DNA from: Camelus dromedarius
Taxonomy: Eukaryota
Length of the DNA: 64,000 nucleotides
Direction of reading: 5' to 3'
NCBI RefSeq assembly: GCF_036321535.1
Contig: NC_087462.1
Coordinates: 434,001 to 498,000 of the forward strand
Shown here piece by piece: positions 11,383 through 24,000 of this stretch. Made by a program: the position numbers and the translations under genes. The notes under the pieces were generated by a model that was not told the origin of the DNA, did no database searches, and saw only the letters and a program-made list of their open reading frames with translations. Within the stretch, counting starts at the first letter, position 1. Every line of letters starts with the position of its first letter.

Positions 11383-12024
11383 ACTGGGGGTACAGATGAA
11401 AGCAGACTGTCCCCGTCGGTGAGCTGGGGGCCCAGACTCTCCGGGCCTGGAGGGTCAGAGCAGGACCAGATGGAGTGGGAGATGCAGCCTGGGGAGGGGT
11501 CTGTGTGTTTCCAGGCAGGAGACCTAGGCTTAATACCTTCTACCCTATGGGGGGTGCTCTGCAGTCACAATGGAAACCCAGGCGTGACAGAGCCATCTGA
11601 GAGCCTTGTGACCCTGCAGGCCGCTTCTAGCAACACCCCCTGGACACTTGTGGGGGAGGCGGTGAGGGGACGCCCCAAGCCACGGGGGAGGGCAGGACGG
11701 ACAGGGAGCGCAGGGAGGGCCACGTGGCTGTGCCCCACTGGCCAGAGGGAGTCCAGGGCTGCTTCCCACTTCTCTTCTGGAGAACGGCGGCCTCAGCTCC
11801 CTGATCTGTAAGGAGGGGCATGGGGACATGCGGACTGAACCGCCCTTTCGCGCCCTGATACCATGTGCTGCTGCTGCCCTAAGAGGTGGGACCACAACCC
11901 CCTCTCAACCAGGAAGGACATTCCAGAAGGACCCACAGCAGGCAGCACCCCATGGCCCCGGATGAGCCAACGATTCTGGACAGCCCGGCACGCTGAAGCC
12001 CACTGGGCTTGTCACAGCAGTCCC

Positions 12025-12270
12025 GAAATGTTCTGGTTATCTGCTGCCGCGTAACAAACCGCCCCAGACTTGGCAATGCTGAACCCCTGCCTCTCCATAT
12101 TCACTGTCCACTGAGCGCAGCTTACAAGGGTTGGGGGTCCTACGGGCACGGGGGCTCGTCCCGGCTCCACCATCTAGGTGACTGGAGCCTCGGGGCCTGG
12201 AGGTGTCCGGAGGCGTGGGGTGAGGTGTACTGAGCGCCCACACGCACCTCCCCACGTCGCATGGGCTTCC
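12025..12270. mobile_element. MLT1-type (MaLR) LTR fragment
   Basis: ttctggttatctgctgccgcgtaacaaaccgccccagacttggc matches an old MLT1 terminus. The end coordinate is uncertain. Confidence 0.45.
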
Positions 12271-13930
12271 TTGCGGCCCCGGGGCCCAGATGAGGGCCCA
12301 GGAGCCAGGCCGGTCCCCTCCAGCCTCAGGGCCACACGGCGCCACTCCCACTGCGCAGGGCAGGTGGGAACAGGCACGAGCCCCCAGACCCAAGGGGAGG
12401 GGCCATGGGCCCGCCCTCCACAGAGCCGTCCGAGGACAGTGGCCAGGTTGTAAAACCCCCACAATTCAATGCTAGGCCAGTGACATGTAAGTGCAAGAAA
12501 ACAGACTCATTTTTCTAAGACAATTAACTAGTTTAAAGACTTTAGAATGACTTAAGAATGGCAAATTGCTTAAAAACATATGGTCAAATGAGGTATGGGA
12601 GACATAACTGATCATAAGAGGCCGAGAAAAAATGTGCAGGAACCAGTAAGGACAGCCTTTTATGGCCCCCACCCGACAGTGTGGGCGCGGTTTGGGTGGG
12701 AAGGTCCCGGAGGAGAGGCCCTCCTCCTGCACCTCCAGTTAGAGCAAATGGTTTACAGACACCTCCCTCCTCCGGGCAGCGAGCGCACATCCAGGTGCCG
12801 GACCCGGGCTTACCACCCCCTCCCAGCAGACGCAACCTCGGCCGCAGGCTGTGCTGGCCCTGGATGCTGTCACCCTCCCTCTGGTGCGGTGGCTGCCGCA
12901 GGTGGAAGGGAGACAGGCCCCCAGCCCAGATAATGGGGCTCCCGGAGCTTGGCCACCCCTGGAAAGCCTGACATAGCAGCGTGAGTTGACCTCCCGCCAC
13001 TTGGCCTACCCTCCCTCTGATCTCCAGAAGGAAAACAAGAGAACCAATTACCACTTAACAGGCAGCCACTGTGCCTGGAGGCCACGGGGAGCCAGACAGA
13101 TTCTGAAAGTGGCTGCTGGCAGACACAGGGCCCCTGGGGAATGAGGCCTGAGCTCCCAGAACCCGGGGGCGGGGCCAGGTAGGGGGGACAAGAGACAGAG
13201 GTGCTCATATCAGCAGAAACTGGGGGCAGGGAGCACCCCCAGCCACATCTAGCCTACTGCTCCCCACGGGGACCCTGTGCCTGGCGTACACTAGTGCTCA
13301 ATAACGCTGGCACAGCAAGACAGCAACACACGAGGGGCAGAACCACACAGCCAGGGAAGGGAGCAGGAACTGGACGAGGCTTGGGGAGGGGCCGTGCCCG
13401 GGACACCGACGAGACGGCCTGTGGGGGCTTTCCTGGGCCCGCCCCACTCACAGACCTCTGGACACGAGGGCTTGGTATCTATCAACAGGCACAGGTGAGT
13501 GAACCGGGGCAGGCGGCCTGATGGGTGCAGGTGAAAAGTTCCAAAGGGCAGAGGCCTGGGCCATCCTGGACCCGTGGCACTCAGAGGTCCCAGACGCGGC
13601 ACACGGGCCCTGGCTCTGCCCGGGGCGGTCTCAGTCACCAGCTGGCAGGGTGGCCACGCGGCCGGGCCCTCCTCCCGGGGCTCACCGCCAGGCCCGCGGG
13701 GGGGAAAGAGCAGCGCCTGGGGCTGCGGGCGCCAACTCGACGCTTCAGGCCGTGTCCTCTCCTGCCCTGTCGGGCACCGGGGTGCTGGCTGCGGCTGACA
13801 AGGCCCCAGAAGCATAGTTCAAGGTGGCGCTGTCTAACGCACCCGATGAAGGTCTGGAGTACACAGCTGCTCTGTCTCCGGCAAGGGGACAGTATGGCCT
13901 TCCTTGAAATCCATCAGGAATCCACTTACA

Positions 13931-15000
13931 TTTTGCAAAGGAAACCATAAACCATAAAGAGACAATCTACAAATGGGAGAAAATATTTGCAAATGATGCC
14001 ACTGACAAGGCATTAATTTCCAAAATATACAAGCAGCTCGTACAACTGAAAAACAAAAAAACAAACAATCTCATCAAAAGATGGGCAGAAAACCTAGACA
14101 GACATTTCTCCAGAGACAGCCAGCCAGCCAGCCAATAAGCACATGAAAAGATGCTCAGTATTGCTAATTATCAGAGAAACGCAAATCAGAACCACGGTGA
14201 GGTGTCAAGTCACACCTGTCAGAAAAGCCATCATCAAAAAGTCCACAAATAATAAGTACTGGAGAGGGTGTGGAGAAAGGGGAACCCTCTGACACTGCTG
14301 GCGGGAATGCAGTTTGGTGCAGCCACTAAGGAAAACAGTATGGAGATTCCTTAGAAAACTAAAAGCAGATGCACCATGTGGCCCAGCAGTCCCACTCCTG
14401 GGTGTACAACTGGAGAGCACTCTAACGCGAAACGACACCTGCACCCCGAGGTCCACAGCNNNNNNNNNNNNNNNNNNNNNNNNNNNNNNNNNNNNNNNNN
14501 NNNNNNNNNNNNNNNNNNNNNNNNNNNNNNNNNNNNNNNNNNNNNNNNNNNNNNNNNNNNNNNNNNNNNNNNNNNNNNNNNNNNNNNNNNNNNNNNNNNN
14601 NNNNNNNNNNNNNNNNNNNNNNNNNNNNNNTGAAGTCACACGGAGAAAGACAAGAATCACAGGGTATCACTCACATACAGAATCTGAAATACGACACAAA
14701 TAAACTTATTGACAAAACAGAGAAACGGACTCACAGACAGAGAAGGCAAACTTAGGGTTACCAAAGGGGAAAAGAGTGGGGAGAGGCAAATTAGGAGTCT
14801 GGGGTTAGCAGATACAAACGACTGCATATAAAATAGATAAACAAGGACCCACTGTACAGCACAGGGAACTAGACTCATTAACTTGTAATAAACTATAACA
14901 AAAGAGAACCTGAAAAAGTATATGCAGAGCTGACTCACTTTGCTGTGCACCAGAGACAACGCTGTAAATCAACTACACTTCAATAAAATGAAAATAAAAA
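13931..15000 (+). mobile_element. 5'-truncated LINE-1 (degenerate ORF2 C-terminus plus 3'UTR), containing a 171-nt N-run
   Basis: gcaaaggaaaccataaac...aaatgggagaaaatatttgcaaatgat (ORF2 end); cetartiodactyl-type 3'UTR ...ctgtaaatcaactacacttcAATAAAatgaaaataaaaa; N at 14460-14630. Confidence 0.9.
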
Positions 15001-15062
15001 GGAAGTCATCCAACTAATAATTAAAGGCCGTCTGGAGCCTCCACTTACAGGGCCGGGTGCGC

Positions 15063-18000
15063 TCAGGGACAGCTGAGGGGCACTCGCCGCCACAGCCCCC
15101 CACACAGGCAGTTCTTGATCCAGCGCTGCTCCCACTGTTTGACAGCCGTCGTCTTGTTGGGTGACTTGAGCATGGTGACGCAGCCACACCTGCAGGCAGA
15201 GCCGGCGGTGGGGTGCTGGGCGGGGCTGGGCCCCCACCTGCGCAGGGCCTTTTTTGCCCATGCTCTGCTGGCCCAGGAACGCCGTTCCCTGCACGCCCCC
15301 AGCCTATGACGAGCGGACTCCTCTGCGTCCTTCCGTCCCAGCTCAGACATCGATCCCCACCTTCCTGAGTGGTGGAGGAGGGCCGGGGGTCTCAGCCAGC
15401 CCCTAGTGGTGCGACCCGGGGTGGTCTGCAGCAACACAGGCAGTGTCTGAGAAGCGCAGCACTGCTGCGGTCACTCCTTCATTTCTGTCCTGGTCAGGTG
15501 ACTGGGAGCGCCACCGGGGCAGGCTCGGACGAAGCACTCACAATCAGCGCCCTGGGACAGGACACTCGGGGAGGCTGCCGGAGACCCCTGCTCGCAGGTT
15601 CCACTTGGAACCCGAGGCCCCAAGCGGCCAGAGGCAGCACAGAGGGCGGGGCCGGCGGGCGCTCACCTGGTGCACGCCTTGCACTCCTCCGTGGGATGGG
15701 CGCCCAGGTGCAGCCTCCGCAGGTGGTCCGTCTTGGGGTGGCCCGGCGCCCTGGCAGGGACAGCAGCGCGTGAGGGGCTGCTGCACCCATGTGCATGCAC
15801 CCACACCACGTGCACCCGCCCGCCAGTGCAGATCCGCAGCCTAGAAGCAAAGCGGGCGTGACGTGCACACTTGGGGAAGGAGGGGGGGACGTCCACCAGT
15901 GGGGCTCCCACACACAGACGCCCCCACTGGAGGGCCCGCACCCCCACAACAGCTGAGAACCTGGGCCGAGCCCCGTCAGAGGGAACGCGGGGCTGGGGCG
16001 GGCCCGCTTGTTTTACCGGTGCGGAACGTTTGAAAACCTCTGAAAGAGTGTGAAACCCCTTGAGTGACCAGCCACCTCTTCTTGTAAGGTTTTCCTAAAG
16101 CCCAGACGCAAACCACAGCGTGTGATTCCTCAGGCCATTCCTCCCACCACGAGACAAGAAAGAAAATGTGGAGGTCTCGTGGAACAAGGCCCAGAGCGGC
16201 TTCCAGGAGCAGGGGCTGCAAGGTGCTAAGGCCCCGCCCCTAGTGACACTGCCTGGGGAATTCATCGCTTGAGCACTGTAAACAGGAGGCAGTCTGCAGG
16301 GTCCTGGGATCGTGGCCGGCTTCCTGACTGCAGCCCTCAGGTTCAGTTTACTTGCCTATAAAAAGGGGACAAACACCCACCCCACAGCATGGCTGGGCAG
16401 TAAAGGGTTAACTTGGCAGGCGTGGCATGGCCTGTCCAGGACCCACACATTCCAAAGAAAGGTTCCTCTAAAACCTTGGAAGGTCCTGCCTAGGGACTGT
16501 TCTGCCTCCCCGGGGCCTTGGGCCCTGCCAGGCAGTCTGTGCTGCAGTGTAATTTCTGGTGGAGGGCTTGGGGTATCAGCTTGAACTCTGGAGGGGTTGG
16601 AGCCTGAGCAGCCAAGGTCAGCCACATGGCTCCTGCGTATATGTGGGGACAGACCAGAGGAAGGATGACAACACCCAGAGAGACGAGGGCGTAAGTCAGT
16701 GTAGGCTGAGGTAACTGGATGAGGGAAGTGACAGGCAGGGGAGAGGGACTCGGAGGTAGCGGAATTCTCCGGAACAGCATTTAGGTCAGGCTGGAAGGAT
16801 GCAGACGGCACAGCACGTGCAAAGGCCCTGAGACAGAGGTGTGAAGGAGATCAGGCTGGTTTTGGGAAGACTCTGCCAGAAGGAAGGGCCGTGCCAAGGG
16901 CCGGAGGCAGAAACGGGTACGCACCTGATGAGGCCGTCCAGCTGCAAGGTGGTCGCGCTGCCAGGCAGAGCAGGAGTCTTGCCGAAGTGCAGACGCAGGG
17001 GCTGCTTGGGCTGCAGGCGGCTGACCAGGCCGTCGCTGACTGGCAGCCAGTCCAGGGTGGGGATGAGCAGCTGGCTGGGCAGCAGGCAGCACTCATCAAC
17101 GAGCGCCTCGTCCGGCTCGCTCGTTGGGCCCTCGTCACGGCCTGCAGGGAGGGGACCACGGGCGTGTCACTCTCCACAGCCCTGCCGGGAGCACTGCCCA
17201 CCCAGGAGGCACCCTGGCCTCCTCAGCTCACAAAACACCAAGTGCAGGCCCCAGCCCTTCCCTGATTTCCTGGGTGGCCCTGGAAGGCTCCTTCCCCCTT
17301 TGGCCTCAGCCTTCTCCTCTGTAAAATGGGGACCCACTTACTCATTTAAAAAATACGCAGCGAAGTAGGGGAGGCTATAGCTCAGTGGTAGAGCGCCTGC
17401 TTAGCATGCACGAGGTCCTGGGTTCAACCCCTGGCACCTCCATCAGAATAAATAAGTAATTACATAAAACCTAATTACCTCCCCCCAAAACAAAACAAAA
17501 CGAAACTGAAAAAAGACAAAAAAATACGCAGCGAGCACTGGGTGCCCTTTCTGGCATCAGAGATGCGACAGCAACAGAGTCTGGCTCCAGAAACACACAC
17601 CTGGTGACCCAAGACACATGTGCGTTAAGAATGGCTGAGTTTCATGAGCACTCACACTGTGCCTGGACCTGTGCTGGGGAAACAGTGGAGGCCAAGACAA
17701 CAATTTGACCTGTGGGAGCTTATATTCTGGTGGAGGGACTCAGTCAGGGCTTGTATTTCGATGGAGGAATGAGAGCAGAAGGCCGTGTGTCTTACAGCAG
17801 ATCCAGAGCTTGGTGAGCAGGCGGAAGAGCAGGGACATGCTGTCCTGGGTGTCTGAGGTGGCCGTGTACACAGGCAGGCAGCTGGGCTTCAGCAGGCCCC
17901 AGATGCGGATGACGACCATCAGCTCACGCAGCATGCCCAGCGAGGTGCCGTCCCGCAGGAAGCTGTGGCCTGGCCGCAGTGGGGAGCCCTACGGGGAGAG

Positions 18001-21000
18001 GTGCCCTGGTTGTGCACTTCAGTGTGCGCGGAGTCCTTGGAACTCAGGTCCTGAGGGGTGGGTGTTTCGGGGGAGGCGGGGCCGGAGGAGGTGGGGCTTC
18101 GGGAGGGGCGGGAGCGGCGGGTGGGGCTCCGGGGGGCGGGGCCGGGGAGGTGGGGCGTCCGAGCCGCAGCAGGCACACCTGATTGGGCAGACTAGCCAGC
18201 AGGTAGAGCACGAAGTCGCCCACCCACTGCAGGAGCTGCTGCAGTGCCTGCAGTGTGTTCATGTCCAGGACAAACTCTTCCGTCTTGAGGTTGATCATGA
18301 CCTTGTCAATGTCTAGCCGGGGACAGAAAGTCAGGACCTCACATGTTCATCGTGAGCACCCACTATGAGCTGAGCCCCGGAAAGCCGACCCCGACGTTGT
18401 GAACAAGCAAATGAGGGGTCAGCAAGGCTGAGTCCAGGACCCTGGAGGGAAGGGCTGGCTGGAGGAGCTCCAAGTGTCCACTGCTGGCCTTCAGAACTCC
18501 CTGCCCGCCCCTCGGACTCCCTGTACCGGGCACCCTGCAGCTCCCGCCGGCCCCCAGGCCTCCCTCTGCATGGGCAGCACCTCTGTGGACACCAACCCCT
18601 AGGCTGGGTCATCTGTTCCCCTGTTGCTGCCTGCCGCGAGAGTCCCCGCCCTTGGCACGCATGAGATGCCCAAGGGGCCCTCCTCAGTGGTTTGGGAGGG
18701 TCCTCCACTGTGGCATGGACGCTACAGCACTCCATCACCACGGCAGCCCATGAGGGCGGGGCGGGCAGGACCCACCAACGTCCGTGATCTTGGCGCAGAT
18801 CTCGGTCAACCGGTCTCCCGGGCTCTTATCCGGTGTGTTGAGGACGTGTGGACGCAGCAGCGACTTGAGTGTGGAGCTGATGGCAATGAGGAAGAGCTTC
18901 GCATGGTAATCGCATACACGGGTCACTGTGCAGGGCGACAGCTTGCAGAGCGAGGCCTTCATGGCCAGGATCCGGGTGGAGAGGACCTGGGGGGTGGGGG
19001 GCATGTGTGGGCAGATAAAGAGACCTTCCTCACAGGACAGCAGGGTCTCAATCTAGGACCAGGCCTGCCCCAGGGCCACAGGGCCACAACTGGGGCTCCC
19101 GGCATGAAGTGGGTGGGGCCAGGGATGCCCCACTGTTCGGGGACGGCCCCCAGAGGATGACCCAGCCCTGACGTCTCAGGGGTAACTGATGGACTTAAAA
19201 TATAAAATGCTCGCAAGCAGTTCAGCCCGATAAGCCAGGGATTTTAGCCTTCTGGCATTATGGGCTCCGAGCCCAGCCCAGCCCCGTCCCACGCCACTGC
19301 CCGGGGCCTCACAGCAGTCCACGTAACCTGTCAGGCTGGCACTGGGGGCAGGGCCTTTCTCTCCCGTCTGTCTCCTGGTTGGTCACTGGTGGCACACAGG
19401 ACCACTTCGGGTTCTGAAAAGTGCTGAGCGGCACAGCTGCCATCCTCAGCTGGGAGGCTCCGTGAGTTACAGGTGCACCAGCGGGCCTCGGATCCTTCTC
19501 TGCCTCTCCCACCTTTAGAGCTATGGTCTACGCTCTTACCTTAGGGGCAAGGGCCTCCAGGGCCACCCAGAGTCAGGTGGGGTCAAGCCCGCAGCCGAGC
19601 GCTGGTGGCTGAGGCAGCACCCGGCAACCAGGCAGGGAGGGGAGGCCTGCAGGTCACCGGAGGAGGGAGGCGCGCACACCTGCTGCAGCTCGGCCTTCTG
19701 GCGCGTGTACTCCTCGTGCAGCTTCTCCACCAGGCTCTGCACCATGCCAGGCTGCACGTGCAGAAGGATGTCCCACCAGTCATAGCCGGTCACCATGCAG
19801 TACTCCAGCAGGAAGAGCAGGTGCCGGAGGGCCAGCCCCACGTCCAGCGAGTGGCCCATGGACGGCGAGATGCGTAACATGCTCAGCTGCCAGGAGAGGG
19901 TGGGCCATGAGGGGCGGGGTGGCGAGAGGCAGGAAGGCTGCACCACCCCAGGTCCAGGCCTGCAGTCCTGTCCTGTCGGACCCGAGGGCTGCAGAGACAC
20001 CGGCGGGCCACACGGTGTGAAATGAGGTCACGAGTCCTTGGTTTCTGTGGCGGTGGCACTTCCCCGGAGGGACTTGGGAGGCCTCCCACCCAGCAGAGCA
20101 TGTGTGCAGTGACAGGACCGGCAGGGGTCGTGCGGTCCCTGAAGACACAGACCCAGTGCTCCGGAGAATCCGAACCCACCACCCAGAGATGCCGAGGACA
20201 GGCCGGAGCAGATGCGGGCAGAGCCAGAACAGAAATCACAGGGCACACCCGACAGCGACCCAGGAGCCCACTGCCTCTGGGGGGATGGGGGTGCATGCAC
20301 ATGAGTGTGAGTGTGCGAACGCATGCATGTGTCTGTGAATCCGTGCCGTGTGTGAACACGTGGGCTGTGAACGTGGGAGAGTGGAAACACCTGTCTGCGT
20401 GTGTGTAAGCAAGAGTGTGAGTGTGAGGGCTGCCTGCGTGTCCCGGCCAGGCCGTGGGCAGGTTCCTCTGGGAACAAGCACTTACTCCTCACAGTTGGGG
20501 TGGTGTTAGGGGTGTTAATCCCAGGACCCCTTACCCTGCAGAGCAACCGTCCTCGGGGGTCCCACTTCTGAAGCGCTGGCTGTGAGCCGCACACCCCACC
20601 CTGTGACAGAGACCCCGCCCAGACCCCCCCCCAGAGGGCACGGCCAACCTCAGCCCCCACGCAGCAGGGGCCTAAGACGCTTCAGGACAGCGCATACCCG
20701 GCCGTGGCTGTCGATGCCCACGAGGGCCAGGGAGGTCCAGGAGAGCTGCATGGCCTTGAAGTGGATGGCAGGGCCTGTGGTCCGAGGGCGTTTGATGGCC
20801 GGCTCGTCCACGGAGCGTGGGGCCGCAGAGCTGTAGAAGACGGCCATGGTCTGCAGCGAGAGCCGGTGCACGATGTGGACGCTGCCGTCGTGGAAGGCCA
20901 GGGCCAGCCCTGGGGGGCACACGCGGCGTCAGGCAGAGGCTGCGCCGGGGGTGCCGAGCCTGGGCCACTAAGCCCGCCCCACCCGGGTATTTGGCAGCCG

Positions 21001-24000
21001 CCCTCCCCTCTCCCTTGCTAACAGCCCCCAAATCGCTGGAGCCGCTTGTTGCGGGGTCTCCCCCCCTGCCCACCCCCCGCAGCTGGCCCTGAGCTTTGGC
21101 CGATGCGAGCCAACACTGATGTCCAGGGGGACAAGTGGGTAGGACACACAGCAGACGCAAGGGCCTAGGGCCAGAGCACACAAAGGGCCTGGGGGCAGCG
21201 GAGGTCAGTGAGGTTGGGGGCTGCGGTGTGGCTGTGTGCCCCTGGGGGCTGTGCCCAGGACCCACATCGCAGTACTGCAGAGCGGGGGCGAGGTAAGGGG
21301 ATGATGCCGCCTATGGACAGGTTGCCGCAAGTTCCCAGCTTCTCCCCTACTGATTCCCAACAGCTCTCTCCATGTTAAAGAGCAAAGCTCGTTGGCCAGC
21401 CTCCCAGCCCTCCGAGCCCACACAACCCCGAAAGCAGCGCCCACATCCTCGTGGACATGAGGCTAGGAGGCAGGCTCCCACAACCCTGAGACTCAGCTCG
21501 GAGCCCACCTCCCCCAGGGAGCTCGGGAGACAGCTGTACCGAGGCCGGGGTAGAACTGGGTGTCGCTGGCCACCTTCAGGTCAGTGTTGGTGAGCGAGAT
21601 GGGCAGTTTGGGCAGCGCCACGGCAGACACACGGTCCAGGTCGTTGGTGGCTGACAGGATCCGCCATTTGAGAATCATGGGCTGTTTGTCGCCAACTGAA
21701 AGCAGGGGTGGGGACGGGGTTGAGGGGACAGACAGCAACAAAGTGAAGACAAAGAGGATGATCTGCCCCAGCGCCCTGCCCTTCCCGGGGCCCCGAGCGC
21801 ATGATGCCCGGTGGGGCGGCACCACCATGTTCCCTTGAAGGAGCCAACGTGCTAGGGAGTGACCCCAACCCAGACCTCACCGCCACAAAACCCCAAAATT
21901 CCCCTCGCATCTCGGCCGGCTGGCGCTGGGTTCTCTGTCCCTATGGTCTGAGAGGTCCTGGGTGGAACCCCAACTTTCCCCAGGAGGCCTCAGCTGGACG
22001 GACCAGGGGCCAAGATGGACCCCCTGCGCCCCCCAGCCCCAGAGTGATGAGGAAGCCCCTCAACCAGAGGTGGGCTGGTTCCCGTCAATCTGAACTCGGC
22101 CCATGGGCCCGGTAGGCATGATGCCAGCTAAGGCTCAGTACTGCTCACACACCTAGGTGAGGCTGGGCTAGGTGAACAGGCGCCCAGCCGATGGTTAGCT
22201 GCCCCGGCTGCCCCGGGGCTGACGGCAGACCTGGAACCAGGACTGAGCGGCAGAGGCAGCCTAGCCCAGCACCTTCCGGACTGTGGTTCTGAGCCAGAGT
22301 TCGAGGCTGGTGTGTTACACGGCAAAGCTGGCTGAGACACAGCTCCTCTCGGCCCATCTGTCCTGAGCGCTCGGCCCTGAACAGCCCACATAAGGGGACT
22401 CTTGGCAAAAGTCATCCCCCAGGGAGACTGAGGCCCAGAGAGGGGCGACTCGGCCTGAGACCAGCGTGGACTATAGCACCTGATGCAGCGACACCAAACA
22501 GCGCTGTGAGAGTGACAACCCGGGCAGCAGCATACAGTGATTCACACCCGCCGTGACAGCTCGGGCCCTGCTAGGTCCACAGAGGAGCGTGTCAGTTGGA
22601 GGCTGAGGCAGAGCTGGACCTGAACCCACCTGTCCACCCACGCCAGGCCACTGACTCGACCATGGTGTGGAGCATGGTTGGTAGAACGGGGGCCTGAGGT
22701 CTGCCTAGGGGTGGCCACCCTCCAGAAGGGCCTGAGGTGGACACTCAGGGAGGACAGGCTACCAGACAGGGGAGGGGAGACTGGAAGGGGCAGGCCTGAG
22801 AGCCCAAAAGGCCTGTGAGGCTGGACTGAGGGGTGGGGTGGGGTTGGGCGTGTGAGCTCAGAGACCACCTCCAGCATCCCGACACATGCGTAAGGACAAG
22901 ACTCTACCCAGCAAGGGGAGGTCCTTCTGCTTGAGATGTGGTCCCACCTGTGACTAGGTCCCAGGGCTGGGGATGGCGGGGGTGGGAGACAAGGTGCAGG
23001 ACAAGCCCGGCCATGGGCGTGGGGGGCAAGAAGTTGGGAAGACAGGGCCCTGAGCTGCCTGGAGGAAGGAGGAAGACCTGGGAAGGGCCGAGGCCCCATG
23101 TTGCCCGACCCGCCCGCAGGGTCACTCAGGAAAGGCAGCGTGACCCTCTGGGCACTTAATTTCTCCCCAGCCACAATAGGCAGCTTATGTAACCCCTGTG
23201 GGTGAGCAGGGCTGTGAGAGGCCTCTTGACCCAGTTCCACAGCTACTCCAGGGCCCATCAGTGCTGATCAGCAAAGAGCCAAAGCTTCTGTCTGCAGGAA
23301 AACACCCTGTGTACAGGGCAGAGGTGGCCGGAGACCTGGGCCACGGGGTCACCCCAGCTTCTGGGAAGCTGGCTTTTCTGGCTTCCGCGCCTCGCCAGGT
23401 GTCAGGAGAGGGGACGGCCTTGGTGAGGGGCTTGGGGCTCCAAGTGGTGTGGGGAGGGGAGGCGAGGGGAGCTGGAGGGCGTGTTCTCGGCCAACTCCAT
23501 TCACCCCCACGCTCACTCTAATCGGGGTTTCAGAGGGTCCTGGGACTCAGGGGCCTGTGTAACTGGCCTGCCCAGGGTCCCTGCGCTGGGACACCCTCAC
23601 CACGCCCAGTGCCAGGACAGCGGGACGCAAGGCCAGGCGGAAAGGGAGGCTCACCGGCAGGCGAGAGCTGCTGGAAGATGTTGTTCACGGGGAGCCCCTC
23701 CTTGCGCAGGGACCAGCACTCCACCACGCTGCTCGTCTGGCTGGACGCGCACAGGAGCACCTGGGGGTTGGCAGCGGCTTGGGAAGCGGGCCTGGACTTG
23801 GCCCCCTGGCCTCTCTGGGCCTCCGGCTCCTACACAGGGCCCATGCCAGCACCAACCTCATGGCCGTTGTGGACTCAAACCCAGGTCTGCCCACCCCAAG
23901 TCCACACCTGCCCACCCCCGACAGCACCTCGCCTGGGGAGGGCAGTCACCCGCTGGTGCCCCTGGCAGAAAGCAAAGGGGACCAGGGGAACACATCAGGG

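Noticed and set aside
13938-15004. AAAGGAA on both sides of the L1 as a target-site duplication
   Set aside because: The left copy is part of the L1 sequence itself (gcaaaggaaaccataaac), so it is not an independent TSD.
17368-17442. Apparent tRNA-Ala(AGC) genes (also at 2577, 30134, 41795, 48950 and 60571)
   Set aside because: A-rich tails, shared non-tRNA 3' sequence and target-site duplications identify them as tRNA-derived SINEs.
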